The notes under the pieces are model-generated. The model did not search any database and was not told the origin of the DNA. It saw only the letters and a program-made list of their open reading frames with translations. The position numbers and the translations under genes are program-made. Below are positions 60,463 to 64,000 of a DNA stretch of 64,000 bases, one piece after another. Within the stretch, counting starts at the first letter, position 1, and each line of letters starts with the position of its first letter. Location of the stretch: positions 4,526,001 through 4,590,000 of the forward strand of contig CM007991.1 in assembly GCA_002189035.1 (NCBI GenBank). The letters run 5' to 3'. This stretch comes from Utricularia gibba. Taxonomy: Eukaryota; Plantae; Magnoliophyta.

Positions 60463-62610
60463 ATGGAAACAAAAGTGATGGTTTTTGCTCTACTATGCAT
60501 TTCTATGAAATGGGTTGCTTCAGTTTCTTCTAGTTCAGCTGCTGATAGAGTATCTCGGCTTCCGGGGCAACCGCATGTCAGCTTCCAGCAGTTTTCTGGG
60601 TATGTCAAAGTTGATTCCAAACGAGAAGGGTCGTTGTTTTACTACTTCGTTGAAGCTGAAGTTAATCCAGAATCTAAGCCTCTAGTTCTCTGGTTGAATG
60701 GAGGTAAGTTTCTTGTTGCGTTGTTCTTTTCGTCTACCTGTAAAACAAATGAAGAAAGAAGAGGATCTCAAGGGCACAATATGATGAACCAAAAAGTTGG
60801 TTTCCATTGGGATTTGTGCTTATGCGTTATTTCCAGGGCCGGGGTGCTCATCGCTGGGCGTAGGGGCATTTTCAGAAAATGGTCCCTTTAGGCCAAGCTC
60901 CAAGGGGTTGGTGAAGAATAACTACAGCTGGAACACTGGTACGCTTTTCGTTTCATTTACTTTTAACATGCTTTTGTTGCTACAACATGCTTTTGTAAAA
61001 CTGTGATATTTCATTTGCAGAAGCAAATATTCTGTACTTGGAATCACCTGTGGGAGTGGGGTTTTCTTACTCCACAAACTTCTCTTACGAAGGTGTAAAT
61101 GACAAGACAACAGGCATGCTCCACTATATGCTTCCCTTTGCCATTAACCATAATGAGACAATCGTCTTTGAAAGCCCACACTTTTTTTTCTGAGTTTTTC
61201 TAATGATATGCAGCTGAGGACAACTTGGTTTTCTTAGAAAACTGGTTTATGAAGTTCCCACAGTACAAAAACAGTAGCTTGTATATCACTGGAGAGAGCT
61301 ATGCTGGTAGGCCTGCGCTCACAAAACTTGTATTTTTTCTCAATCTGAATCAACTTTTTAAAATTTTTTTCTGGTATCCTTCATTGTTAGGCCACTATGT
61401 CCCCCAGCTTGCAGAACTGATGCTTCAGTTCAACAAGAAGCAGAAAATTTTCAACTTGAAAGGACTTGCTGTGAGTAATGCTGCTTATCAAGAGCTGTTT
61501 TTCCGATAAAATGTTCACACGTGTTGTTTCTTCAGCTTGGGAATCCGGTTCTCGAATTCGCTACAGATTTCAACTCTCGGGCTGAATTTTTTTGGTCTCA
61601 CGGGTTGATTTCAGACACAACATACGCACTGTTCACTTCTGCTTGCAACTACTCGCGCTACGTTAGTGAATATTACAGAGATTCTCTTTCTGCTACTTGT
61701 TCCAAAGTGATGAGCCTCGTTTCTGCCGAGACCAGCAAATTTATTGACAAATACGATGTCACTCTCGATGTCTGTATCTCCTCCGTGCTCTCACAATCCA
61801 GATTTTTTTCTCCTCAGGTAACTTTTAAAGCTACCAGAAGTTGAAAATGATGTTTCAGTGTTGTCTTACAATTCATGGCTTGCAGCAAGTTGCGGAGAAC
61901 ATAGATGTCTGCATCGAGGACGAGACTGTTAAGTACTTAAACAGAAGAGATGTTCAACAGGCACTCCACGCTCGGCTTGTTGGGGTAAAGAGATGGATAG
62001 TCTGCAGCAAGTAACCATCTGTAAAATCTACCTTATGATGTGCTCGTGCCAAAGTTGTTACATTAACTTCTCATGGTCTTGTTGCAGAATATTGGATTAT
62101 GAGCTGCTTGATCTCGAGATACCGACAATTGACATCGTGGGCAGGGTTATCCAGGCAGGGATTCCAGTTCTTGTTTACAGGTAATGCATCTCATGTTGCC
62201 TGGAGCTTAGATTGAGAAATTCATCCCCCACATGATCCCTCAAACAAATGACAGTGGAGATCAAGATTCTGTTATACCCTTAACTGGGACTCGGAGACTG
62301 GTGCATCGCCTGGCAAGACAGCTTAGACTGAGGACAAGCTCGCCCTATAGAGTGTGGTTTGCTGGGATGCAGGTAAGTTCACTGCAGATAGATGGATATT
62401 AACAAAAAAAAAATCAAAATGAGGAGGAGGACTAAGTTATCTTCTGTTCGCATTCAGGTCGGCGGTTGGACGCAGGTCTATGGTAGCATCCTCTCCTTCG
62501 CGACCATACGAGGAGCTTCCCACGAGGCCCCCTTTTCGCAACCTGAGAGATCTCTGGTGCTTTTCAAGTCCTTTTTGGAGGGGAAGCCTCTACCGGAACA
62601 GTTTTCTTAG
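60463..62610 (+). CDS. SCPL45: Serine carboxypeptidase-like protein, clade II (SCPL45/46-like), 10 exons
   Basis: Exons 60463-60703, 60837-60938, 61021-61113, 61214-61306, 61391-61470, 61536-61817, 61886-62010, 62088-62180, 62255-62372, 62458-62610. Signal-peptide-like N-terminus, WLNGGPGCSS, catalytic GESYAG, SGDQDS and RGASHEAP. An upstream in-frame start at 60397 is not excluded. Confidence 0.93.
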
Positions 62611-62784
62611 AAGGCATCTGGTTTATCTGTTAGCCGATGATCAGTTATTTTATTTTCAATGATGAAGTTGTATGCCAAACAATGATCCTGTGCGTGAAAT
62701 GAATGCCGGCCTCTTTGTTCCCAACCAAGTTTCGGTTTGGAACAACAGATAACAAGTTTGATATGAACGTTACCATTCAGTACG

Positions 62785-63916
62785 CTATTCAGAAACGACT
62801 GTGGGAGCTTCAACCTTCATGATCAAAGATGTGAATTCCAAGGCGAGAAGGGGCTTTGAGAGCATGGCATTCATGCTGAGTTCTCTCTGTTCATCTAAAG
62901 AGGCCTCAAAATCCGCCTTGGAAGTTGATGGATTAGAGACCTTAGCAAGTGGGGCAGCTCTCAATCTAAACGAGTAAAAAAATAAATGCTTGAAAGCAAA
63001 AAAAAAAAAAGAAAGCCAAGGCATGATAATATCATCAAACTCCATAGAGTAATTAGAAATGAACCTGCATTCAACCTGGCATGAGTATTTGAGAAGTTTC
63101 GGGTTGTGCACTGTGCGACCACTGGAGCCGAAAGCGGCTAAAATTGGTCATTTGAAATGTGGGGAAGTGGATAGCAAGCAGTCCAAAACAGAATGACGAG
63201 ATACCTAAAACTTGGAAGGGAGAACCTTAAGAGAGGTCCAAGCCAACCTTTAGAAGAGCTCTGAGGTGCTTCAGCTGTTCAGTGGTTATAAATAAATTAG
63301 CGTTAAAACAGAAGCAAACTCTCACGATATAGAACCTATCTGCCACTAAAACTGACCTGAAGAAGTCATTTTGATGTTACATAAGTCAAATGCGTTGTGA
63401 TCAATGATCTCCTTCACGTAGACATCCATAGAGTTCTTCACTGGAGTGGTATCCATGCCCATGTTGCTCCAAAAGCCTCCAAACCTTATTTTCTTTGTGT
63501 TAGCCTCTGTGGTGGTATTCTAAACAAACATGCTTCACGTTAGTTATTAGAAATCAGGCGCATTAGTATAGATGAGGGGGTTAAAGTAAGGCTAACCTTG
63601 GAGAAAATTGCAACTTGACTTGGAAGTCCAAACTCCTAATAAAGAAAACAACTATCAGTCTTCTACTAGAAGATGAAATCAGACCACCACAGGATTTCTG
63701 CTGGACATATTTTCAGCCTCTGTATTTGAAAAACTACCTTCTTTCCGTGAGCGCATGCTTTATCACTGCTCACAATTACTCGTGAAGCCCAACTATTCAA
63801 AACAATTTGAAGCGTTGTCCCATTTTGAGCATAGAAAAGGAAAATTTGACTAACTTGCAGACAACTTACGTGCAGGAAGTGGGTGGATTCCATACAGTTC
63901 CGGCTAGGATCACGAG
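62785..63916 (-). CDS. NXD1: NEOXANTHIN-DEFICIENT 1-like, 3' portion (5' exons lie upstream, probably outside the window)
   Basis: Phase-consistent GT-AG exons 63870-63916, 63738-63792, 63597-63635, 63357-63519, 63205-63274, 63065-63121, 62785-62965 give LVILAGTVWNPPTSCTWASRVIVSSDKACAHGKKEFGLPSQVA...WLGPLLRFSLPSFSGRTVHNPKLLKYSCQVECR...MLSKPLLALEF...VEAPTVVSE, matching my recollection of NXD1. Confidence 0.85.
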
Positions 63917-64000
63917 CTGAAGAAAAGGAACAGGGTACAAAAAATGGTTACATAACCCCTAGACGAACCCATTTTAAGTCCTTGTGTGTTTAACGATCTG

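Noticed and set aside
1-64000. tRNA, rRNA, snRNA, CRISPR arrays, organellar insertions, or a functionally linked novel gene cluster
   Set aside because: No diagnostic motifs were seen. The host genes have unrelated functions and read as an ordinary syntenic block.

Overview
Eudicot plant nuclear genomic DNA: a transposon-rich 5' third followed by a gene island. Host genes supported from sequence: an OTU-like cysteine-protease-fold gene (+, 20304-21769), a GYF-domain gene (-, 22172-28155), an intronless EXO70C-type gene (-, 29579-31441), a 71-aa two-exon gene resembling mitoribosomal mL60 (-, 46195-46877), a CFL1-like WW-domain gene (+, 49142-50028), a SAM-domain gene (-, 52104-53030), a 10-exon serine carboxypeptidase-like gene (+, 60463-62610) and the 3' part of NEOXANTHIN-DEFICIENT 1 (-, from 62785, incomplete). 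Mobile DNA: one structurally complete but inactivated Tnt1/Tork-like copia element with TSD (53374-58416), three decayed copia elements, three solo LTRs with perfect 5-bp TSDs (two are the same family in opposite orientation), a Tourist MITE, and Mutator and hAT transposase relics. A NAC83/VNI2-like pseudogene fragment is interrupted by one of the solo LTRs. Six frameshifts, three in otherwise intact host genes, fall in G/C runs and are repaired by lengthening the run, which points to homopolymer errors in the assembly. I found no tRNA, rRNA, CRISPR array or recognisable miRNA, and no evidence of a novel multi-gene system. Family assignments rest on recalled motifs, not database searches.
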